A stretch of 64,000 nucleotides of DNA from the IMG/VR virus record IMGVR_UViG_3300011475_000006. The stretch is one strand, 5' to 3'. A program made the position numbers and the translations under genes. Source of the DNA: an uncultured virus (IMG/VR IMGVR_UViG_3300011475_000006). Lineage: Duplodnaviria > Heunggongvirae > Uroviricota > Caudoviricetes. Of the stretch, positions 9,576 through 17,586 are shown in pieces (positions within the stretch are counted from its first letter, which is position 1; the number at the start of each line of letters is the position of its first letter). The notes under the pieces are model-generated. The model did no database searches. It had not been told where the DNA came from and saw only the letters and a program-made list of their open reading frames with translations.

Positions 9576-10561
9576 GAGCCATACTGACACCTGAAGTTGC
9601 ACCAATGTCCGGAGTTGTTTTGTTTCGACCAGGAAATGAGCTGCTGTGGCTGTTTCGTCATGGGCGGGTGGTGATTGAAACGCTATCCGAAGCAATCCAG
9701 CATCTTCCATCCGGGGTTATTCCAGAAGCGCACCAGCCGCTGACAGATGATGAAAATATGCAGGCTATTTTTGAGAACGAACGAGTTATCCAGCGTGCTG
9801 GTGGCCTGAGCGGTCTTGACGCCTGGTTGGAAACGAAGTTCGAATGTCAGTGGCCTCATACAGACTGGCACGCAAGAGACTTCACGGTGATGCGGCATGC
9901 ACCCGGAAGCATTCGCCTTTGCTGGGGTTGTGATAACAAGTTACGTGAACAAACCACTGAAAGACTGGCAGGAATTGCCATGCAGAACCTGGTAAAATGG
10001 TTGCTCGAAAGGGTGAATATTATGCTGGGATTCAGCGAAGACCACACCCTGACGCTTCCGGAGTTCTGCTGGTGGATGGTACGCAACGATCTGGTTGACC
10101 TTATTCCTGAATCAGTGGCGAGCAAAGCCCTCAGGATTAAGCCTGAATCGCATAGTTCCGTAATGAGGGATAGCGACATTGTTCCGTCGTTACCGGCGAC
10201 TGAAATCCTCCAGGAGAAGATGAAGAAGGTTGTCTCCGTTAAGGTAGACCCTGAGTCCCCGGAATCTTTCATGCTTAGGCCAAAGCGCCGCCGCTGGGAG
10301 AACGAGAAGTACACCCGCTGGGTGAAGTCGCAGCAGTGCAGTTGCTGCAATAACCCGGCAGACGACCCCCACCACCTGATAGGCCACGGGCAGGGTGGAA
10401 TGGGAACCAAAGCGCATGACCTGTTTGTGATACCGCTGTGCAGAGCACATCACGACGAGTTGCACGCTGATCCTGTGGCATTTGAAGCGAAATACGGCGA
10501 CCAGTTAACGCTGCTGTTTCGGTTTTTAGATCGTGCGCTGGCAATCGGCGTACTGGCGTAA
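9572..10561 (+). CDS. DUF968 family protein (C-terminal Zn/HNH-like)
   Basis: CSCC..ADDPHH..GMGTKAHDLFVIPLCRAHH. Confidence 0.8.
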   Translation: MRAILTPEVAPMSGVVLFRPGNELLWLFRHGRVVIETLSEAIQHLPSGVIPEAHQPLTDDENMQAIFENERVIQRAGGLSGLDAWLETKFECQWPHTDWHARDFTVMRHAPGSIRLCWGCDNKLREQTTERLAGIAMQNLVKWLLERVNIMLGFSEDHTLTLPEFCWWMVRNDLVDLIPESVASKALRIKPESHSSVMRDSDIVPSLPATEILQEKMKKVVSVKVDPESPESFMLRPKRRRWENEKYTRWVKSQQCSCCNNPADDPHHLIGHGQGGMGTKAHDLFVIPLCRAHHDELHADPVAFEAKYGDQLTLLFRFLDRALAIGVLA

Positions 10562-10574
10562 GTGGAGACGCAAC

Positions 10575-11153
10575 ATGATCAATCCTTCTGAAGTTGGCAA
10601 ATCCGGCGAGATGGTTCGCCTTCGCACTCTCGAAAGCATCTGGGTACAGGGTAAGCTCCGTATGTGGGGCCGCTGGTCTTATATCGGTGGTGGCTCTGGT
10701 GGAAACATGTTTAACCAGCTCCTGGCATCCGGGAAAATCACCAAGACTGCAATCAACGATGCGCTGCGCCGCATGAAGAAATCCGGCATTACTAAACCTG
10801 AGCTGGAAGCTTACCTGCGCGAAATCCTCGACAGCAAAAACAAAAGCGGCCTGGCGTTCTGCTCCGACGAAGAGGGCCTAAAGGTTGATGGTGTTATTGC
10901 TTCGGTCCTGATGAATTATGACTACCGGGGACTCTATAGCGTTATTGTCGACCGTCACCGGCTTCGTAAGAGCAAACTGCAGATGGCGAATGAGCTTAAT
11001 GCAAAACACCCTGACTGGACCCTTATCACATGCCGTCGCCGAATCGATACATGGGTAAGTTTGGCAGAATCGATCCTGTACGCTCCACTTTGTGATGCGT
11101 TAGGCACAAATGGCGACAGATTTAAGTTGCAGAGTGAGCAAGAAAGTGCTTAA
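10575..11153 (+). CDS. Late antitermination protein Q-like (DUF1133)
   Basis: IWVQGKLRMWGRWSYIGGG motif; last gene before the late promoter. Confidence 0.7.
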   Translation: MINPSEVGKSGEMVRLRTLESIWVQGKLRMWGRWSYIGGGSGGNMFNQLLASGKITKTAINDALRRMKKSGITKPELEAYLREILDSKNKSGLAFCSDEEGLKVDGVIASVLMNYDYRGLYSVIVDRHRLRKSKLQMANELNAKHPDWTLITCRRRIDTWVSLAESILYAPLCDALGTNGDRFKLQSEQESA

Positions 11154-11201
11154 ATTGTGTTAGGCTCGGGACAGTAAAGTGTACTGAGCAACAGAACAGA
11201 A

Positions 11202-11229
11202 CAAAAACCCGCCAATATGCGGGTTTTTT
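11202..11229 (+). terminator. tR'-like terminator after the putative pR'
   Basis: AAAAACCCGC-CAATAT-GCGGGTTTTTT; candidate pR' TTGCAG...TAAATT at 11127-11156. Confidence 0.7.
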
Positions 11230-11263
11230 GCTATGATGACCAATAAAAATTTAGGGACTGCCT

Positions 11264-11941
11264 ATGGACATCATTAATTTAATCGAATTGTTAAAACCAC
11301 AAGATCATCTTGTTACTGTAAGAGTCAGTACTGAAGCTAGTTTTTGGTCTGAGGTTGGAAAATTTATAGTTGCTTTGTTACCTGCTGCAATATCTTTATT
11401 TGCTCTTTTTTTTTCTTATTTGCAATTCAAAGAGAATATTAAAAATCAAACGTATCAGTTTATAGAAAACACCAATCATCAAATTAAGCTCGCTGAGCTA
11501 AATGCAAAGCTCAATACTGAAATAGATCTTATCAAAAATAGGTGTGATTCCGTCAGGAAGATTAGCGTCCAGTGCATAGAGCTTGCAACCGCTGTCTTTG
11601 AAGGCTTTGCCGTAGGAAGAGATTATGATGAAGTATATGATGACCAAATAAAAAAAACAGAACCTATTAGAAAGAAAATATTAGCAAACAGTGAAAAGAG
11701 AATTGCAAATTTTGATAAATTAATCTCAGAGCAAGCCATGCTCATGACATATCTAGATAATGATGATGATGACTCATTCATAAAGTCATTGGATAAGCTT
11801 TGTGATTTTAAAAGCTTATCACAAGTGGATGTGAAGATTATGGCGAGATTGCGAGGTGAATTTCTAAAGCAGTGTAGAGAATATTTAAAGAAGAAGGATA
11901 GAGAGATAATTGAAATGGCAAAGTTATCTACAAATAAATAG
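11264..11941 (+). CDS. AT-rich moron, membrane-anchored hypothetical protein
   Basis: 225 aa; hydrophobic FIVALLPAAISLFALFFSYL; extended -10 TGCTATGAT at 11229; terminator 11963-11985. Confidence 0.75.
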   Translation: MDIINLIELLKPQDHLVTVRVSTEASFWSEVGKFIVALLPAAISLFALFFSYLQFKENIKNQTYQFIENTNHQIKLAELNAKLNTEIDLIKNRCDSVRKISVQCIELATAVFEGFAVGRDYDEVYDDQIKKTEPIRKKILANSEKRIANFDKLISEQAMLMTYLDNDDDDSFIKSLDKLCDFKSLSQVDVKIMARLRGEFLKQCREYLKKKDREIIEMAKLSTNK

Positions 11942-12029
11942 CTGGTGTAACGAGAAAAATAGAACCGCCATATGGCGGTTTTTTTATTCCCTCTTTTTGA
12001 GAGGACTCACGGCAATAAGAGGGGGCTAA

Positions 12030-12425
12030 ATGTCCGATCCTGTTTCTGGCACTACGGTAGCGGCTGGTGGTCTGATGGGGGCCAGCATGTTCGGCCTGGC
12101 AACCGGCATAGATTACGGTGTGGTGTTTGGCGCATTCGCTGGTGCGGTGTTCTACGTAGCTACTGCGGTTAATATCAGCCGCCTCAAGCTGGTGGGATAC
12201 TTCATCACCTCATTTATCTTCGGCGTTATCGGGGCTCCACTGCTTGGCTCTTACTTCTCCAGGTGGACGGGGTATAGCGACAGGCCACTAGATGCGCTGG
12301 GCGCGGTAATCGTAGCCGCTATTGCTATTAAGCTGCTGACGTTCGTCAACAGTCAGGATTTGGGTAGCCTGTTTGGAATTCTCTCACGTTTACGTGGTGG
12401 AGGGGCCAGCAATGGTAACAAGTGA
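12030..12425 (+). CDS. Putative holin
   Basis: 131 aa multi-TM protein; first gene of the lysis cassette. Confidence 0.75.
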   Translation: MSDPVSGTTVAAGGLMGASMFGLATGIDYGVVFGAFAGAVFYVATAVNISRLKLVGYFITSFIFGVIGAPLLGSYFSRWTGYSDRPLDALGAVIVAAIAIKLLTFVNSQDLGSLFGILSRLRGGGASNGNK

Positions 12426-12693
12426 CCCGAGTGCGATGGCAAATGCAACTATCTCTGCTGTTATCGTTATTACACTGATGTTCTACCAGCGCGGCGGGGC
12501 GAGACATCGCCCTCTGATATCGCTGATGGCTTATTTCATGGTCCTGGTATATGCCAGCGTCCCTTTCCGTTACCTGTTCGGCCTGTACCATGAATCCCAC
12601 TGGTTTGTGGTGCTGGTGAACGTCCTGATATGTGCTGCCGTTCTCTGGGCTCGGGGAAACGTGGCGCGCCTGGTTGATGCACTGAGGCACTAA
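12412..12693 (+). CDS. Phage holin-family membrane protein
   Basis: 93 aa, three hydrophobic segments; ARGNVARL C-terminus. Confidence 0.7.
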   Translation: MVTSDPSAMANATISAVIVITLMFYQRGGARHRPLISLMAYFMVLVYASVPFRYLFGLYHESHWFVVLVNVLICAAVLWARGNVARLVDALRH

Positions 12694-13319
12694 TGAACCA
12701 ATTACAATTTCAAAGGGCGGCTGGGTTAAGCGCCGAGTTAGCTGCGCGCTGGTTTCAGCCAATCAGTGATGCGATGAAAGAGTTCGTAATCATCAAGCCG
12801 GTAGATCAGGCCATGTTCGTTGCGCAGGCTGCGCATGAGTCGACAGGGTTAACCCGGCTGCAGGAAAACTTCAACTACAGCGTAGTGGGGTTGGCAAACT
12901 TCATTCGAGCAGGACGCATCACACAAGACCAGGCTAATACGCTTGGCCGTCGACCTGAAGAACGAGCATTACCGATTGAGCGTCAGCGTGCCATTGCTAA
13001 CCTGGTCTACAGCAAACGCTACGGTAACAATGCGCCTGGTGATGGATGGAAATACCGAGGGCGTGGACTCATCGGCATCACGTTCCTGGATAACTATCGT
13101 GACTGCGGCAATGCCCTGAAGGTCGATCTGGTTCAGCAGCCTGAGCTATTAGCCGAGCCCATTTATGCTGCCAGAAGTGCGGCATGGTTCTTCGCTACTA
13201 AGGGATGTCTGAACTATTCAGATAACCTGCTGCAGGTAACGAAGATTATCAACGGCGGCACAAACGGACTTGAAGATCGTCGCGCTCGCTTCGGTAAGGC
13301 AAAAACGGTACTGATGTAA
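12693..13319 (+). CDS. Glycoside hydrolase family 19 endolysin
   Basis: [27 protein letters not shown]. Confidence 0.9.
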   Translation: MNQLQFQRAAGLSAELAARWFQPISDAMKEFVIIKPVDQAMFVAQAAHESTGLTRLQENFNYSVVGLANFIRAGRITQDQANTLGRRPEERALPIERQRAIANLVYSKRYGNNAPGDGWKYRGRGLIGITFLDNYRDCGNALKVDLVQQPELLAEPIYAARSAAWFFATKGCLNYSDNLLQVTKIINGGTNGLEDRRARFGKAKTVLM

Positions 13320-13326
13320 GGTTGAT

Positions 13327-13602
13327 ATGGGATTAGAAACAATCGTCGGTATTGCTGCCCTGATAATGGCGGCTATCGCTGGTGCTTTTGGCATTGGCCA
13401 TTCACGCGGCACTAGCAAAGCGGAAGCGAAAGCCGAACAGCAGCGCACAGAAGAAAAGGCTGTAGCCACTGAAGCAGTAGCCGAACGCCGGGTAGAAGCA
13501 ACGAAAGAGGCCAGCAATGTACAGCAGAATGTTAACCGCATGCCTGATAACGATGTTGATCGCGAGCTGCGTGACACGTGGAAGCGTCCCGGTGGTGGTT
13601 GA
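13327..13602 (+). CDS. i-spanin-like (Rz equivalent)
   Basis: N-terminal TM then coiled coil, after the endolysin. Confidence 0.7.
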   Translation: MGLETIVGIAALIMAAIAGAFGIGHSRGTSKAEAKAEQQRTEEKAVATEAVAERRVEATKEASNVQQNVNRMPDNDVDRELRDTWKRPGGG

Positions 13603-13729
13603 TACCGCCTGTGACTGGGTAAAACCAATCTACCTGACTGAGCATGACATTGACGTTCTGGACCGCCAGACGAAGAAAGACATCCTGGCGCATAACAAAG
13701 CATGGAAAGCAAATTGCGGGAAAAATTGA
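13517..13729 (+). CDS. o-spanin-like lipoprotein (Rz1 equivalent)
   Basis: Lipobox LIASC; overlaps the i-spanin gene. Confidence 0.7.
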   Translation: MYSRMLTACLITMLIASCVTRGSVPVVVDTACDWVKPIYLTEHDIDVLDRQTKKDILAHNKAWKANCGKN

Positions 13730-13770
13730 GCCTCATCCCTGAGGTTCGGACACAGTCTCTCCTCTGGACT
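13721..13770 (-). ncRNA. Candidate sRNA module A1 (GGA-loop hairpin)
   Basis: TGc-TACGGT -10; CCTC-AGGGAT-GAGG hairpin plus U tract; homolog at 63162-63208. Confidence 0.5.
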
Positions 13771-13974
13771 TTAACCGTAGCAAATATTGAGGATTCCGTT
13801 ATACAAAAGGACAATTCTTTGGGGGGAGATAATTAAATGGCAGGGAGAAGCTTGAACAAATCAGGTTGGCTCATCCTTGAGCACACGGGTAGTCCTGAAC
13901 GACAACTTCACCTGACATAGCAAAGTCTTTGTAAGAGTCTAGAAAATAATGAGTATTTATCAAGCCGGGAAAGG

Positions 13975-14046
13975 AAAAAAGTCCCTTCCGAAATGAAATC
14001 CTGCAATTCGGAAGGGAGACCAAAGGGGTCATCATTACAAGGAGAA
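13975..14046 (-). ncRNA. Candidate sRNA module C1
   Basis: -10 TACATT; 5' CTCCTTGTAATG; terminator CCCTTCCGAA..CAGGAT..TTCGGAAGGG plus T tract. Confidence 0.55.
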
Positions 14047-14237
14047 TGTAAATGTAATCAATTTCTCAAAAGTAGAAAGGTGTATTAAATAAATAACTTA
14101 AAGTGAAAAAAATCTGCACTCTCCTAATGCCACATGGGTGTACGAACCTACACTTAGTGAAGAATTCAAACAAAGCTCACAACTTAAATTTATCCATCAA
14201 CTACATTTTACTGACACGATTGATTCGATATCTCTGT

Positions 14238-14346
14238 CATTCAGATGAATCCCCCTGCGCGGAGGGGCAACCAGTCACTGCTGGACGTAGTGTTGCGGGT
14301 TTGCGAAGTGATGCAAGTCCACCGGGAGGCACCCGGCATCTGAATG
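14238..14346 (+). ncRNA. Candidate multi-stem structured RNA module D1
   Basis: Closing stem CATTCAGATG/CATCTGAATG; CCCCT..AGGGG and CCGGG-AGGCA-CCCGG hairpins; strand not certain. Confidence 0.55.
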
Positions 14347-14444
14347 CTTGACTAAAGGAATAGGGTACACGTCGAACTAAGTGTGAAGTACTACCTAATT
14401 ACTGCTAGACCCAGCCAGTTCTGTCCGAACTGGCTTTTTTTTTG

Positions 14445-14540
14445 AAAAAAAGCCCTCGTGAGGAGGGCTATAGGAGTCTCAGTTTCGTTGCTCTTTTTAT
14501 TGATGTTTCCCCGGAGTTGGCATTCTCCGCATCAGAGTCA
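14445..14540 (-). ncRNA. Candidate RcsB-box sRNA module F1
   Basis: Box TAAGGAAATTCTTA (14590-14603), CGCTTACGCTTGTT, TGcCAAGCT; hairpin with AATGCCAA loop; intrinsic terminator. Confidence 0.6.
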
Positions 14541-15026
14541 CTAATAGCTTGGCACCCGCGTGCTTAACAACAAGCGTAAGCGTGGGAATTAAGAATTTCC
14601 TTATATAGATACAATGAGTTGGTGACTAGAGACAATGAAGCAGTAAAACGGGTTGACCGCAGCCTAAAGGCAATGCAGCAGTCATGATGCTGCCCCGAGT
14701 CGCGTAATGGCGAGCCTGTGAAGTGATGGGTGAGGGTTTATAGATCAAAACAAGCTCCGGTAAAGCAGCGCGAATGCCAGACGCGTACCGGTTATAAGCG
14801 GCAATGAAGCGACAGCACCTCAAGGGCATGAGCGTGGCCACTCCGGGTAGTAGCAGCCATTACAAAGCTCACCTGCTGGTGGGCTTGATAATGGTTATCC
14901 CCTAGAGGGGATAACTTCGTGATTATCCTCGAAAGCGGATATTGATTTTTATAGTGATTCACTTTGCCACTAAGAATGTAGCTTTTAAATGGCAGAAATG
15001 CCGCATTTTGTAAAAAAGGAATATAT

Positions 15027-16352
15027 ATGCCCGATGTAAACAACGACGCGACTGTTAACTTAAATGACTATATTTATGCACCAGATGCAGGGATTAATCC
15101 GGACACTGGTGAGGATCTCACAGAGAAACTGATCGCGTTACTTGATGAGAGTAACTCCTCGCAGAAAGGGATCTACTTCCCGGAGGGCGTTTATCTGTTC
15201 TCCGGTGATGTGATCATGAAATCCTATAACTCGCTGAAAGGTTCCGTCAGCGGTACGATATTTCGCGGTATTTCAGATAGCGCCGTAATGTTTGGTGACA
15301 GCACCTACGGTAACACCGTCACTGCATTAAGCATCGAAAACATTATTTTTGATAATGTCCGGGTGCACTTCTATGGACGTAAAACGAATATCAGCATTAG
15401 CCATAACGTGTTTATCAATACCGTAACCGAGACGTCCACGGCACAGCTGACCTGTTCCACGAACGCATATACCATTAATGGTAACGTATTTATGCGTGGC
15501 CGTGGCTTCGCAGGCGTGGGTTTAAGTACCTATGGGAATGCCGCCGGCCTGGTTATTGAACAGAACTTCTTGGGCTCAGTCAGCGATATCACTGTGGCTA
15601 CGCCATGGCTTGATGAAGAGACTCAGACAATGCTGGCGATCTTATTGGAACTACGTGAAGCTGGCGAGATGACATTCGACGATGCGCAGGGTGATTTCGT
15701 GGCGGGTTGGTACTCCACCAGTAATCTAAAGAAAGGCGTTTTCCGTAAGAACTTCTTCAAGGGGAGTGAGGCGATTTATCTCTTTAACCCGGCCACGGGT
15801 GAAGAAGATATTGGTCGTGACCACAACGTTTATATCAAGCAGTACGATCAGGTTGAAGTTGTGCAAAACTATTTCGGCGGCTGGCCTGGTGATGATCGTG
15901 CGTCTGGTCAGTTGAAATTCCGTAATGCTAAGGGCCTGGTTTTCGCGGGTAACTACCTGCAGGGCATTTCCTTCAATGCTCGTCCATATGACAACGTCGA
16001 TGATGCCTGGTTGATTATGCAGGACACCTACATTTTCAATAATTTTCTCAACGACGGGATGATCAGCTACTGGCAGAACTTTACTGACAGTGAAGATAAA
16101 GCCATTAGTGTCCAAAATTTCCTAGTGTTCTCTAACGAGTTTATCAATCGTGATGCTTCTGAAGCACTGATCACTTCGCCGTCTAACACCTTATCTGCCG
16201 AACAGTTCCTTTGCGCTGATAACCGTTTCTTTGAAACAGGCGAACTGGTGCCGACAAGCGGCGTGTTTGCAGAAACCGATGTAGAGGCACTACGAGCCAT
16301 GTTGCCTGATTATGCGTCTCAGTATCTGAGCATCGAACCCATTACGCCTTAA
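15027..16352 (+). CDS. Right-handed beta-helix (pectin-lyase-like) protein, possible polysaccharide depolymerase
   Basis: 441 aa; D.T..L..L....GIYFPEGVYL entry motif; repeated I/V..N.F Asn-ladder rungs; acidic; no obvious signal peptide. Confidence 0.65.
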   Translation: MPDVNNDATVNLNDYIYAPDAGINPDTGEDLTEKLIALLDESNSSQKGIYFPEGVYLFSGDVIMKSYNSLKGSVSGTIFRGISDSAVMFGDSTYGNTVTALSIENIIFDNVRVHFYGRKTNISISHNVFINTVTETSTAQLTCSTNAYTINGNVFMRGRGFAGVGLSTYGNAAGLVIEQNFLGSVSDITVATPWLDEETQTMLAILLELREAGEMTFDDAQGDFVAGWYSTSNLKKGVFRKNFFKGSEAIYLFNPATGEEDIGRDHNVYIKQYDQVEVVQNYFGGWPGDDRASGQLKFRNAKGLVFAGNYLQGISFNARPYDNVDDAWLIMQDTYIFNNFLNDGMISYWQNFTDSEDKAISVQNFLVFSNEFINRDASEALITSPSNTLSAEQFLCADNRFFETGELVPTSGVFAETDVEALRAMLPDYASQYLSIEPITP

Positions 16353-16475
16353 AATCGGCGTTCACCTGCGTTAAACATTACAGAAGCTCTTCACTGAGGG
16401 GCTTCGATAATGGATATCCCCCACAGCGGATAATCAACCAGATATCCCCGCAAGCGGATATATAAGAGGTGGAAA

Positions 16476-16712
16476 ATGAAAAAGGTCAGTGTCACCATCC
16501 AGCACTGGTGGGCTGCTCGAATACGCGTACCGTTTACGTTCCAGCGCAATGCACACCGATACCGACGGAATTGACGCAGCCGATGTTAGTACCGCTACCG
16601 CCAGCTCAATAACGTATTGCCAGGTAGTCTTGTGGATTAAGCCGCTGCTGGCTGTAATTGAAAAAGGCAACAACAACCTCATGGGGATTCGACAAATTGA
16701 GCTGGAAAGAAA
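16476..16712 (+). pseudogene. Relic Rz1-like o-spanin (frameshifted) fused to a truncated gene start
   Basis: LVGCSNTRTVYVPAQCTPIPTELTQPMLVPLPPAQ* (16505-16612) continues in another frame as ITYCQVVLWIKPLLAVIEKGN..IRQIE. Confidence 0.6.
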
Positions 16713-16722
16713 AAATGAGGAT

Positions 16723-17460
16723 GGCTCGTCCTTGAGCGCACGGGTATTTCTGAACGACGACTTTACCTGACATAGCAAAGCCTAAAATTAATTTTAGAAA
16801 ACAGTGGGTAATTATCAAGCGAAGCGAGGAAAAAACATCCCTTCTGAGACAAGATCCGTAAGTTCAGAAGGGAGACCAATCTGGTCAGCATTACAAGGAG
16901 ACTCGAACTATAAAGGAAACTGTATGGGAAACCAGACATATTAGAATAACTTTCTGATTTAAGGAGTTTTAATTTAATATTAATTAACCTGATAAATATT
17001 TAAGCAAGGCTTAAATTTTTTAATTTAGATACGAAAAATGTTGATTTTATACTAAATTAAAAATGCACATGCGAATCGACATTTCTGGCACTCAGTGGAT
17101 CCCCCTATGCGGAGGGGCAAGCAGTCGATGCTGGACTAACGTTTGCGGACTTGAAGACTGTGGCAAGTTCACCGGGAGGCACCCGGCACATGAGTGAAAG
17201 ATAAGGGAATATATAATTTGTCGACCAAGGTGTGAGTCGCTACTTACTTACTTACTGCTAGACCCAGCCAGTTCTGTCCGAGCTGGCTTTTTTTTGAAAA
17301 AATGCCCCCACGAGGGAGGCTACAGGAGTCTCAGTTTCACATGCTCTTTTTATCGATGTTTCCCTGGAGTTGGCATTCTCCACATCAGAGTCACGTTTAG
17401 CCTGGCACTTAACTGGGACTTAACAAGCGTAAGCGGTTTGATTGAGGAATTAATTAGATT
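16723..17460. repeat. Direct-repeat cassette copy 2 (modules B-C-D-E-F)
   Basis: Colinear homolog of 13868-14603. Confidence 0.85.
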
Positions 17461-17490
17461 CCAGCTCAACTGGTTTTGGCCAATAATTCG

Positions 17491-17586
17491 AAAAAAAAGC
17501 CCTCCGGTGGAGGGCAGCTGAAAAACGGCTAGTTTCGTTTAAGGTGCTATTTTCTCTGGTATTGGTAGGAGCCAGTTCAGAGAATC
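17491..17586 (-). ncRNA. Candidate RcsB-box sRNA module F3 (divergent body)
   Basis: Same promoter (box TAAGGTAATTCCTA 17635-17648; CGCTTACGCTTGTT), AACGAAACT core and GCCCTCC-ACC-GGAGGGC terminator. Confidence 0.55.

Larger units (their letters stand above)
13868..14603. repeat. Direct-repeat cassette copy 1 (modules B-C-D-E-F)
   Basis: Colinear with 16723-17460 at an offset of 2851-2855 bp; modules conserved, spacers diverged. Confidence 0.85.

Noticed and set aside
11150..12030. tRNA genes after Q as in Stx phages
   Set aside because: No cloverleaf or T-loop signature found
14103..14351. Small ORFs over the sRNA cassettes (also 17294-17521, 14626-14841, 16489-16770)
   Set aside because: Reading frames are not preserved between the two cassette copies and no SD or recognisable motifs are present; 16489-16770 is a chimera over the spanin relic
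14470..14540. Hammerhead ribozyme in module F (CUGAUG...GAAAC)
   Set aside because: The core reads CUGAUGC or CUGAUGU rather than CUGAUGA, GAUG is paired in the hairpin, and stems I/III cannot be formed
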